Translations under genes and position numbers: made by a program
Notes under the pieces: generated by a model
Told to the model about the DNA's origin: nothing
Seen by the model: only the letters and a program-made list of their open reading frames with translations
Database searches by the model: none
Part shown: in pieces, positions 41,895-53,223 of the stretch
How positions within the stretch are numbered: the stretch's first letter is position 1
Layout of the letters: each line of letters starts with the position of its first letter
From: the human T2T-CHM13v2.0 reference genome, Homo sapiens
Length of the DNA: 64,000 nt
Reading direction: 5' to 3' (one strand)
Assembly (NCBI RefSeq): GCF_009914755.1
Contig: NC_060926.1

Positions 41895-42410
41895 ATCTGA
41901 TTTTTTAGGCTTTGGTCACATGTAACAAAAAGAAACATATCCAAAATGTTCTAACCAAAAAGAATGCATTGGCTCCATAATCAAAAGCTTCAGGAATCAG
42001 TCTGGCTTTAGGTGTAGCTAGATCAAGGTTTCAGTTGACACCATCAGCCTGAGAGGCTTCTGTCTTTCCATCTTTCGGCTCTGCTTCTTCTGGCTTCACT
42101 CTCAGATAGCCACCCTACCTCATGGTCACAGATGGCTTCTATCATGCCCAGAAGCACATCCTCATCCAGTAGGAGAGAGGACTCGCCTTTGTCCTACCAT
42201 TCTAGCAAAAGCTTATCTACATTACATCATCTTTGCTTGGGACAGAGTGAACCCAGTCTCTGTGGCCAGGGAAATGACAACAAGGGCACCAGTGACAGGT
42301 CAGATGCTCTGCCAAAAGCAAAAATGGTTGGAACCAGAAGAATAATTCCCCCAGATGGAAATCAAAGTATAGTTACCAGGAGAGGAGTGAATGGATCATG
42401 GATAGCATCA
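41895..42410 (-). mobile_element. MLT1J-like MaLR LTR
   Basis: Degenerate MLT1 motifs (cttcaggaatcagtctggctttaggtgtagctagatcaagg...). Confidence 0.55.
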
Positions 42411-42439
42411 GTAGCTGGTTTCAGCTGCACCTGGACAGC

Positions 42440-42830
42440 TTCTTAAAAAGCAAACTCTTCAACTCCAGCACTGCCCAGATATTCTGATTCATTAGATCTG
42501 GAGCTGGGCCCAGGAGTCTTCTTATTTAACAAGATCTCCAGGGATTCTGAGGCAAGAAGTCATTAATTCAAACTTTGTGAAACACTTTGAGACTGCAGTG
42601 TCTTATTACAACTAACAATACATTTATAATTATATGCCAGGAACTGTATTGTGTTTTATAGGCATTATTACAAATAATCCTTAAACAACTCTGTGAAGTG
42701 GATACCATTATTATGTCCATTTTTAGGTGAAAATGTGGAGCTTAAAAAGTTTAATAATTTGCTCAATGACACATAGATAGCAAGTGGCTGAGCCAGAGCT
42801 CAAACCCAGTGTTGTTCCTACTCTACTATA
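42440..42830. mobile_element. MER5A-like fragment followed by MIR
   Basis: gattctgattcattagatctggagctgggcccagga...actttgtgaaacact, then a MIR core. Confidence 0.6.
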
Positions 42831-44068
42831 ATGCCTACATCCCTTTGGATTTCACATAAAAATTAAATGAGGGAGATAAAAGTGTCAAGACTGTGTGTGC
42901 CCTCAGTAAATATCAGTTTGTTTATTTTTTAATCTGTGCATTAAATCATAAAAGATCAAGTAACAATTTCTTTTTCTATCATTTTATTGCTGCTGCTGAT
43001 CCATTGAGAACTTTCGCTATGGGCCCCCTCATTACCTTTGCAACAGATGCTAACCAATGCTGGAAAAACTGTATTCTTCAGAATGTTTGTGATGCCCATG
43101 GCAGCTGATATTTTCATTTGAGAGTGGTGCTCAGGTATTGGAAAGAGGGGAATAGAAAATACATTTGTTACATGATTACATGATCACTATGTGGTAGTTA
43201 TGTTTTAGAAAATATTTTGCCAAGTTTTAACAACAGTGCTACGTTGTGTAGATTAAGAAGTTCTTTTCCCAAGGTCACTCTGCCCAGAAAAGTAGAGGAT
43301 CAGAATTTGAGCTTCTACCATGCCCCAGTGACTCTACAACTTCTGGATATGTCATTTCCTTGTAAAAGTATAGCCCCCGTCATAGATATAAATTGGTGCT
43401 GACTCCGCTTGAGTGAACTTTATTAGTGAAAACCTCAGTATATTTGGCATATTAAATGTTCAAAACTGAAACACAGGAAATCATCAAATGTGAAGAAGGA
43501 ACACTGGCAATTTTACTGATTAGCCTTACAATACTGGAACAGTGTTGATTATAACAATGATAAACACATCTTCTTTTAAATACAATTCTAGTTGACCTTT
43601 TTCTTACTCTAGGCTAGAAATTGGGAGTTCAAACTAATCAAACGCTAATGTAATAAGTTATCTAATAAGTAGGACATCACAGGTTTTGAATGCATATCAG
43701 ATTTTTCTCTTTTCCCTGAGAAAAAAAGAATCATCTGGAATCCTCTGCTGGGTGAGAGCAGGTTCTTATTAGAGGAATGTAATACATTTATGATGAAGAT
43801 AGGGGTTTTGCAAAGTTGCCTTTCTCATTTGCTTTACATTCAATTCCTTCAGAAGAATGGGAAAAATTCAATTGAATAGGAAAAAATCACTGAAGTTCCA
43901 GAACTTGATCAATTATATAACAATATTAAGAAACTGAATGTATTTTCTTATGTAATCCAGTTTATCTTTCCAGGTCAGTTAACATTGTTCCTTCTGAAGC
44001 ACAGATGGAAATTTTTTGAGTTTTTCCCAAACTTTCCAGAGTTCAAATACCCTGTGTTTTCTTTTCAG

Positions 44069-44163
44069 TGCCATCAATATTCTGAAAATGGCAGTGATTT
44101 TTATTCAACCTGTATAAGGCACTTTCACCATGTACCTGGAAGCAACATCTACATCTTTTTCAG
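44069..44163 (+). ncRNA. SCHLAP1: SChLAP1 exon 2 (95 nt)
   Basis: Acceptor gtgttttcttttcag|TG and donor CAG|GTAATA; the sequence matches the recalled SChLAP1 exon 2. Confidence 0.9.
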
Positions 44164-44663
44164 GTAATAGTTTCCAAATATTAATTCATAAATATTGCTA
44201 TTGTTAAGAAATACTAAATAGCTAGAAGTAAGTTGCATATTCTCAAAATGCCTAGAAATTCACTCCAAAATTTTGCAAAATTATTAGAGGTTAGTGCAGA
44301 TAACATTGATGCTATTCTCCTTCCTCACGGCCCAAGCTCAGTTATTAAGAAGTAAATACCCAAAATGAAACAAAACATGTATGTTCCCCAAATTTCTCTA
44401 AAAGGCACTCTTTAAACAAAAAAGAAGTTTTTCCCTCTGGAATTGGAATTATAAATGGCAATTACAATCCCAGATTAGCCCACAGAAACCTAACCATCAA
44501 TACCAACTGTGTGAATGCTGGCAGCTGGCAGAAGGGAAGCAGACAGGAAATTCTCCCTTCTGAGGCACAAAGCTAGCTTTATATAAAGTTGTTATTTAGG
44601 CAAAGATTTTCTTTCATGTCACTATTCTTTTTTTTCCCCTCATCTCATCAACCACATTCCTAG

Positions 44664-44764
44664 TTTTCCTCTGTCCACTATGAAGGACTTTGTGACCACA
44701 TTCTGACTCTGATGAGATCCTGCCCAGAATTGACCTGAACCCCAATAATTCACCTTTCTCTCAG
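44664..44764 (+). ncRNA. SCHLAP1: probable alternative (cassette) SChLAP1 exon, 101 nt
   Basis: Long pyrimidine tract from about 44625, then cattcctag|TT acceptor and CAG|GTAATG donor. SChLAP1 is known to have alternatively spliced internal exons. Confidence 0.6.
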
Positions 44765-44933
44765 GTAATGTTTTCAAATCCAGGTACTCTTTCAAGGTCC
44801 AATTCATACAGCTGTTTTTCTAGAATTCCTTTTTTTACCCAACCCTTAGCTCCAACTCTTGTCTTTCTCTGAATAGCTACAGTGAGTACTATTTGAATAA
44901 GCTATTTATTATGTAAACATATCCTAGCATTAT

Positions 44934-45485
44934 TGTTACAGGAAAGGGGTCCCAATTCAGACCCCAAGACAGGGTTCTTGAATCTCAGGCAAGAAAGAAT
45001 TCAGGGCAAGTCTATAAAGTAAAGTGAAAGCAAGTTTATTAGGAAAGTAAAGGAATTAAAGGATGGCTACTGCATAGACAGCAGACCTGAGAGGGGCTGG
45101 TTGCCCATTTTTATGGTTATTTCTTGATGATATGCTAAATAAGTGGTAGATTATTCATGCCTCACCTTTTTAGACCATATACGGTAAGTTCCTGATGTTG
45201 CCATTTCATTTGTAAACTGTCATGGTTCTGGTGGGAGTGTAGCATGGAGGACGACCAAAGGTCACTCTCGCCGCCATCTTGGTTTTGGTGGGTTTTAGTT
45301 TGCTCCTTTACTGCCACCTGTATTATCAGCAAGGTCTTTATGACGTGTATCTTGTGCCAACCTCCTAACTCATCCTGTGACTTAGAATGCATTAACCATC
45401 TGGGAATGCAGCCCAGTAGGTCTCAGCCTTATTTTATCCAGCCCCTATTCAAGATGGAGTTGCTGTGGTTCAAATGCCTCTGACA
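44934..45485 (-). mobile_element. MER41A solo LTR (552 bp)
   Basis: Reverse complement starts TGTCAGAGGCATTTGAACCACAGCAACTCCATCTTGAATAGGGGC; TSD TTAT at 44930-44933 and 45486-45489. Confidence 0.92.
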
Positions 45486-45580
45486 TTATGACACTGTTTA
45501 CTGACTTGAATCATTAGTTAAATCATATATTGTATGTAGGTTTTATGTCTTTGTATATTATCTCCGCAACCATTATAAAT

Positions 45581-46150
45581 TGTACCATGAAGGATAAACC
45601 TTGCCAAAGAGAGGTCTGGCCTTTGCAGTTGGCCCCTGGGAGGTAACCTCTAAGCCCGTGGAGTATCCTGCCTGATTAGAACATCTTTGTTTACTTGGGG
45701 TCTGAAGCCATAGGTACCTCAGACTACAAGGTGTCAGATTGACCTCTGGAAGTGCTGGAAACTAAGATTAGCCATATGAATAGTGGCTGGGTGACTGGAT
45801 TGCAATCAAAACTCCAGACACCAAAGCTCAAATGAGCTTCCCAGTGGGCAATATTCCATGTGTATTTTCACACAATGTTCCTAGAGAAATAGGTACTGCA
45901 CACATGCCTTCACTGGGAGAGGATAACTGGAAGCCCTGTGCCTTAAGGTCTCCTGAGCCCTGCCTTGTGTGCCTCTTTCTTCTGCTGATTTTAATCTGTA
46001 TCTTTTCACTGTAATGAACTGTAACCATGTGTGTAACAGCTTTCCAAGATCTGTGAGTCCCTTTAGAGAATTATCTAACCTGAGGGTAGTCTTGGATCCC
46101 TGATCTCACAGTACATGTGAGAAGTAAAGGTGGTCTTGGGGACTCCTGAG
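45581..46150 (+). mobile_element. MER77/MER68/MER21-group LTR with a short remnant of PBS/leader
   Basis: gaggtctggcctttg...ctgggaggtaacctctaagccc...; ends ctcaca at about 46110, then gtgagaagtaaaggtggtcttgggga. Confidence 0.65.
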
Positions 46151-46649
46151 CTCTGTGTACTAATAAAGGGAAGGGACTGTACTAAGTCATACTTCTACAT
46201 ATACATAGTCAAAATGCCTAACGCAGAGTTTAGGACACATGGTTGAATAATGATTTAATTCTATTAACAACTTAACTGTTCATTCTTGTCCTCGAACTCC
46301 ACTTCCATAGCACCTTACTTAAAGATAACTTCTTATATCTGAGGCAGTAAAGAGCGAAAAAGAAAAATAATTTGAGTAAATATGCTGAGTGTTAAGGAAT
46401 TCTACAGTACCTGGTGATAATAATGACCACTTAGAACATATAAAGCACCAAGTATGGTGTTAGTCCTTTACTCGCAATAACTCTTCATTTTCATTGCAAC
46501 CATTTGAAGCATCATTGTTAAATTTGCCTCTTTTACAGATGAGAAAACTGATACAAAATTTTTAACAAAGATGCATATTTAATCATTAATATAAACTTTT
46601 AAAAGTCCACATACCCTTTATCTGTTTATAGCCACCACTCCATTTCCCC

Positions 46650-47960
46650 ATGCTGCTTCACAGCAAACTTCACTGCAAAATCCCTCCCACAGGTTGACTA
46701 TATCCTGTCTCCACGTCCTCGTTTCTAACTAATTCCTTCACCTACTCCAATGACTTATCTCTACCTTTCCATCAAAATTGTACTCGTCAAGGTCTACAAG
46801 TCTTTTCATGTGGCCAAACCCAGCAAACATGTCTTAGTTTTCATGCTACTCATCCTCACAGTTTATCGTGTACTCCTCCTTTAAATATTTTTTTTTCTTT
46901 TGGCTTCTGATTTTTCTGTTACTTACTAAACTTAATTAGTCTTTGATCACACCTGTTCCTCCATCTAAACTCACTGTTAAATGTTGGCCTGACCAGGGCT
47001 TCCTCTGGGGCTCTTTGCTCTTCTATGTGTACTGTCTCCTTAGGTAATCTCATTGCCTTGACTTACAAACATCTATACGTTGATGATGCTCAAATTTTCA
47101 GTAAAAGTCTAGACATCTTCCCTGTGCTTCAGGCTCAAAAATCTATGTTTCCCCACTTACTCCTCTTATCAACATCATTGTGTAAAGGAGAATATGGAAG
47201 TAGGAAAGGCAGAAGCTCACTCTCTTGGTGCCTCTGTGACATGGTGTGGCATCGAGGGAATCTTCACTCTTCTTACTCCAGTCATGACCCAGGATATTTG
47301 TGTTCAACTGGAGTGGATAAGAAAATTGTAAGTCAACACAATTGTTTTTTATAAGGAGTTCTTAATGCATAACTCATATATGTACATACATTATATAGTG
47401 GCAATTTATGTGATATTTTATAACTTTAAAATATTTAGATCCAATTCAACTTTCTAAAAATTGGTGTGACAATTAAAGTCAACAGTTTTTATCACAATCT
47501 TAGCATGAAATCCAATTCTCTTTTAATAGTCTACAATGTTATCAAGCACTGCTTTTTCCCCCCAGCCCCCGCCCACCACTGGCCTTCTTTCTACTTCTTA
47601 AATGTTATTTCCTACTCAGAATATTGGTACTTGCTTTTTCCCTCTGGCTGGAATACATTTTTTCCCTCATCTAGCATGGCTGACTCCTTCTCAATCTTGA
47701 GGTCTCAACTCAAATATCATCCCCTCATGAAGGCTTTTCCTGACCCCTGTTCCCACTCAGATAGGAGCCCCTAATTAACCTGTATTACATGACTTTGCTT
47801 ACTCCCTTTACAGAACCTACCACACTAGATAATATTTTTCATTGTCTTCCCATGCCTCAACATGAGCTCAGGGAGAATAGGTTCCTTGTCTGTCTTGCTC
47901 ACTGCTATACTGCAGCACCTACAATAGTGTCTGGCCCCCAATAATTAATTTGTTCAATGG
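46650..47960 (+). mobile_element. L2 LINE fragments
   Basis: gtcaaggtc...gccaaaccca; tatacgttgatgatgctcaaat (YxDD-like); L2 3' end cttgtctgtcttgctcactgctata...cacctacaatagtgtctggc. Confidence 0.7.
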
Positions 47961-49405
47961 ATTTGTTTTACTAGGCCCCTATGCCAGGATTCGAACTTGG
48001 GTTGAACGTGACCACAGAATTTAAGCTCTTAAATACCCTGCTTGGCTAACATTTCATCTAAAGCAAGTGACAGGAGATAGTGAGGAGATGACAACAGTTG
48101 GCATCAGTCAGGGAAGATTTCCTGGAGAAGATGTGAAAGATTTGGATACAGGTAGAAACTTAAGGAAGAATATTTTAGGCCAAGTGAACACACAGAACCA
48201 GAAACTAGAAATAAGCTGGATTTATGAGGTAGATGACTAGAAAATCTTAATTATAAGGTTAATTGTAATTATAATGGAATTAGTATTGAACAGTCACAAC
48301 ATAGCCTTTTGGTGGAAAAATTTAATTCAATCCTATTTTCTCCCAGTTTCCATGCCAAATTTAAGTTACATTGGGAGCTGATGAGTTCACATGTACATTT
48401 ATACATATAAATGGCAAAGCTGCAACCTTCAAACTCAGGGTCAGTATCTGTTATAGGAGGTGAGTTAAGGGCTGCTGGTTGCAACCCACTAATGCCTGAA
48501 AGTTGTTTAGAACCAAAAACCCAGAAACTGGGGGCATCCTCCTCTCTTATTTATTTTACTTTGAGCTATGCCAGAATATTCAGCATGGCTGATCCTAGTG
48601 GAAAGAGCGATGGAACTGGGTGGAGGAAGGAGGTGGCAGAGAAAAGGTTGTACAAACAAAATATTTTCACTTTGCAAATAAAGCGATTTAAGCATTCTCC
48701 AAAATGTTACTGCTTCTATATTTTTCATCTTGTTTCCCAGAACATGTCACTTTCATTTTGAAGTCTAGTGTTGTTAAATAGGAAAGCCTAATTGATATAT
48801 AGAAAGAAGTATTAGTCACCTCACCCAAATGCCTGGGAAAATATCCTTAGCTATACAACTCATGACTCACAGATGAAGCTGAGGGCCAACAATAAACTAA
48901 AACTCTTACTCAGAGATAATGAAGCATGAAATGGCACTTTAGAATTAAAACTCCATTGAGAGAAAATGCCTTTCCAAAGTACAAAAAAAAAGGGTTGAAA
49001 TGTTGAATCAAACTATATAGGGTACATTTTCACAGGTTACTAAACAATATATATTATGCTGTGTAGAGAGGTTATTTTTCTTCCAAATTATGTGAGTCTT
49101 TGTTTTCTCAAATGTTACAATATTTTCTAATAGTTTTTTATGAAAACAATTGAATGATAAGTTTGAATTAAAATCATTTTTTTAGAAAAAAAAAATGCAT
49201 CTGGGCCTGGAATTTTAGTACATCATTTCGTTATTGTTGTCCAATTCAAATATATGTTCCTCTAGCTACCCTCATAAAATATTTTAGACTTCTCTGCTTC
49301 TTGGTATGTCATGTGTATGTAGGTCCTTTGAATTTATTTATTTACTCTCCAATCCATAACCTAAAACTTCAATTATTCCACAATTCCGAATATTAAAGAA
49401 ATATG

Positions 49406-49703
49406 GGCCGGGCATGGTAGCTCGTGCCTGTAATCCCAGCACTTTGGGAGGCCGAAGCGGGCAGATCACGAGGTCGGGATATTGAGACCATCCTGGCCTA
49501 CAGGGTGCAACCCTGTCTCTACTAAAAATACAAAAATTAGCTGGACGTGGTGGTGCATGCCTGTAATCCCAGCTACTCGGGAGGCTGAGGCAGGAGAATC
49601 GCTTGAACCAGGGAGTCAGAGTTTGCAGTGAGCCGAGATTGCACCACTGCACTCCAGCCTGGGCAACAGAGCGAGACTCTGTCTCACAAACAAAACAAAA
49701 CAA
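49406..49703 (+). mobile_element. AluSc-like
   Basis: Full dimer with (CAAAA)n tail; TSD AAAGAAATATG at 49395-49405 and 49704-49714. Confidence 0.95.
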
Positions 49704-50563
49704 AAAGAAATATGTTCATGATCTATTAAGTAAATAATTTATACATACAAAGCCCAAAGGAACTATTCATGGCTCTCTGCTTTTAAGTGTTATTCAAGAA
49801 AGAAAGAAGAAAAATATGTTTATTCAAATATTTTATTTAACTCTTAGATACATCATATTATGTCTATAAACTAATTTCATTCTTATTCCTCTTGATTTTG
49901 CTGTTATAATTATATTAAAATGCATGTATTCATTCATGATATTTGCCGATTTTTTTAATTGCATGAGAATAATGCATTTGTGTAGTGGGATGCAAAAAAT
50001 TAATAGTGATTTTATTTTTCTTCCTAAATAACAGGAAATGTTTCCAATTATTTTTTAAAGCAGGACATTTGGTAAAGATAATGTTGCTATAGCAACTTTA
50101 GAACAAGGCTTAATTTGGGCCACAGTGAGTGCACCCACTTGTTTTAAATTCATCATTCAGTCTAATCTAGCATTTACATGTAGAGCTTCATTTACAAACA
50201 ACTGCAGCAGGAGAGCCTATGTGGAAAGTGCTTTAGGGATACCGTGCCTCAAATTTCCACTTGCATTCGTGGCATTTATTAAGAGCCTATATCACGGTAT
50301 CAAATGTTCTAATGTTGATTAAGAAAAAGATAAAACCTTAACTTCAATTTTACTCAAGATTAAGAGTTGTGAAAATCAATTTGCTCTTAACATGTCCGCG
50401 AAAATATTTTGACACTAAAATACTCCTTACTTTCTAGTTTTAATCCTTACAAAATGTTGGAATGGAAACATTTATTGCATTTGTCTGAGGAAAGATAGTT
50501 TAGCTTAGTCTGCTTTAGCTTATTTCCACCGAAAGAATACTATGTACCTGTAAGACTCTTAAC

Positions 50564-50660
50564 CAGTGTTGTGTCACTTAACAATGGGAATACATTTTGA
50601 GAAGTGCATTCTTGGGTTATTTCATCATTGTGCAAATATCATAGAGTGTACTTACACAAT
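50564..50660. mobile_element. Tigger3 terminal fragment
   Basis: Homologous to 15628-15720 (gtgtcacttaacaatg...cattgtgcaaa.atca.agagtgtactta). Confidence 0.8.
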
Positions 50661-50677
50661 ACATGGGATTTCCCAAT

Positions 50678-53223
50678 TGCTATGGTTTTGTGTCCCCTCT
50701 GAAATTCATGTTCAAAGTGGATCCCCATTGTAGTGGTATTAAGAGGCAGGGCCTTCGGGGGATGTGATTATATTATGAGGACTCCAGTCTCATGCATGGA
50801 ATTAGTGTTCTTATGAAAGGGCTTAGGTTGAATGGGACACCCTGTTGGTCTTCTGTCCCTTCTGCCACCTAAGGACACAGTGTTCCTCAACTCCAGAGAA
50901 TGCAACAACAAGGTGTCAACTTGAAAGCAGAGAGAAAGCGAGAAAGCAGAGAGAAAAAGAGAAAGCAGAGGGCAGCCCTCAACAGACACCAATCCTACCA
51001 GCACCTTGATCTTGGACTTCTCAGCCTTCAGAACCATGAGAAATAAATTTCTGCACTTTATAAATTACCCACTCTCAGGTATTCTGTTATAGCAGCACAA
51101 ATGGACTAAGACAGAAACAGTACCAGAGAATAGGGGTGTTGCTATAACAAATACCTAAAAATGTGCAAGCAGCTTTGAAACTGGCTAACCGGTAGAGACT
51201 GGAAGGGCTTGGTGGTGCATGCTAGAAAAAGTCTAGATTGCCATGAACAGAGCATTAAGGGCAATTCTAGTGAAGGCTCAGGAGAGGAGATCTGTAGAGA
51301 ACATGTCAGTCTTAGAGAATATCTCAGTGGCTATGAACTGAATGTTGGTAGAAATACGGACAGTAAAGGCCATTCTGAGGCGTTCTTAGACATAAATGAG
51401 GAATATCTTACCGGAAACTGGAGGAAAAGCCATCCTCATTACAAACTGATAAAGAACTGTGTTGACATGTCTCTGTGTCTTACTCCTTTTTACAAGAAGA
51501 ATTTAAGAGAAATGAACTAGGATGTTTAAAGGAAGAAATCTCTAAGAAAAGTGTTTATGGTGATGCGTGGCTTCTCTTAACTACTTATAGTAAAATTTGG
51601 GAGGAGAGAAATGAGTTAAAGCCAGAATGTATATCAAAAGAGAAGAATAACATAAAGATTTGGAAAATTCTCAGCCTGGCCAGATTGTACAGAATGCAAA
51701 GTTGTGTTCAAGAGAGAACACCAAGGGTGTGCCAGGAAATTTTGTAAAGGAGATTAGTGATACGCATCTAGACAAAGAAAAAATGACCCCAAAGGCATTT
51801 CATAGGTCTTTGAAGCTGCCACTTCTATTACAGGCCCAGAGTGCCAGGGCCTTTTAGGGCAGAATGGTTTCCAGGGAGGGATCCAGGCTACCTGTGGAAC
51901 CTTTGGGCTTGCTGCCCAGGGCCACCTCAAGTTTCCACTCCCTGCATTCCAGTGCAGCACTCCTTGGCCACCCTAGCTATGGTTCAAGCAGGTGCAGATG
52001 TGGCTCAGGCTGCCACTTCAGAAGGTACAAGCTACAAACTTCGGCAGTGTCCACATGGTGCAACCTCTGCGGGCATGCAGACTGCATGAGCTGTGGAGTC
52101 ATGGCTACCACCACCTAGATTTCAAAGGATGCCTCAGAGAGGCTCAGGATCTGGGCAGGGAACTGCTGCAGTGTTGGGGCTGCCGCAGACTTTCCAATGC
52201 AGCAACACCTAATGGAGCTGTGGGAGCAAGCTGTTCTTGAGGCCCCCTAACTATAGAGCCACCTGTGTATAGTGCCAGCCCAGGAAAGCTGCAGGCATGG
52301 AGCTTCAGTGTGTGAGAGCTGAGAGCTGAAGTTGGGGCTACACCCAGCAAATCAATGTTGGTGGAGCTGCCTGAGATCCTGGGGGCCCATCCCCTGTTTC
52401 AGTGTTTCTGGAAGGCAGGACATGGAGTCAAAGAAGATTATTCTCAAGCCTTAGGATTGAATGTTGTTTGCATGGTTGGGTTTTAGATTTACTTGGGACC
52501 TGTTACTCATTTCTTCTTTCCTATTACTCCCTTTTGGAATGGAATAATCTATTGTAGGCCTGTCCCACCATTGTATTTTGGAAATACATAACTTGTTTCA
52601 TCTTACACATTCACAGCTGGAGAGAAATTTGCCTCAGGATAAATTTTACCTTGAGTCCCACCCATATTTGATTTAGATGAGACTCTGGACTTTAGACTTT
52701 TGAGTTGGTGCTGGAATGAGTAAAGATCCTGGGGTTTATTGGGATGGAATGAATGTATTTTGCATGTAAGAAGGACATAAATTTGGGGGGCAGGAGGGAA
52801 GGAATGCTATGGTTTGAATGTGTCCCCTCTAAAATTCATGTTGAAACTTAATTCTCATCATGATAGTATTAAGTAGTGGATCTTTTGGGGGAAATGATTA
52901 AATCACGAAATCTCCACTGTCATGAATGAATCAGTGTCTTTTTAAAGGACCTGAGGGAATCAGCTTAAGCCTTTTTTGCTTTTCCTCTCTCCCACCATGT
53001 GAGGGCACAGCATTCATCCCTTTTTGCCCTTCTATCCCTCCTACCATGTGAGGACACCTTAATGGTGACATCAATGAAAAACAAACCCTCACCAGACACC
53101 AAACCTGCCAGTGACTTGATCTTGGACTTCTCAGCCTCCAGACCTGTAAGAAATATGCTTCTATTAGTTATAAATTTCCCAGTCTAAGGTATTTTGTTAC
53201 AGTAGCACAAGCGGACTGAGATG
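50678..53223 (+). mobile_element. Full-length MaLR provirus (MST/MLT1A group): LTR-internal-LTR
   Basis: LTRs at 50678-51113 and 52805-53223, both starting TGCTATGGTTT. Polypurine tract at about 52784-52804. Internal ORF remnants (GNWRKSHPHYK). TSD CCAAT at 50673-50677 and 53224-53228. Confidence 0.92.

Noticed and set aside
44934-45485. MER41 as an interferon-inducible STAT1 enhancer beside exons 2-3
   Set aside because: Length and sequence fit MER41A, which lacks the tandem GAS block of MER41B; I saw no TTCnGGAA-type GAS pair.
51209-52350. MaLR internal ORFs as a domesticated gene
   Set aside because: Short and broken by stops and frameshifts, typical of decayed MaLR internal sequence.
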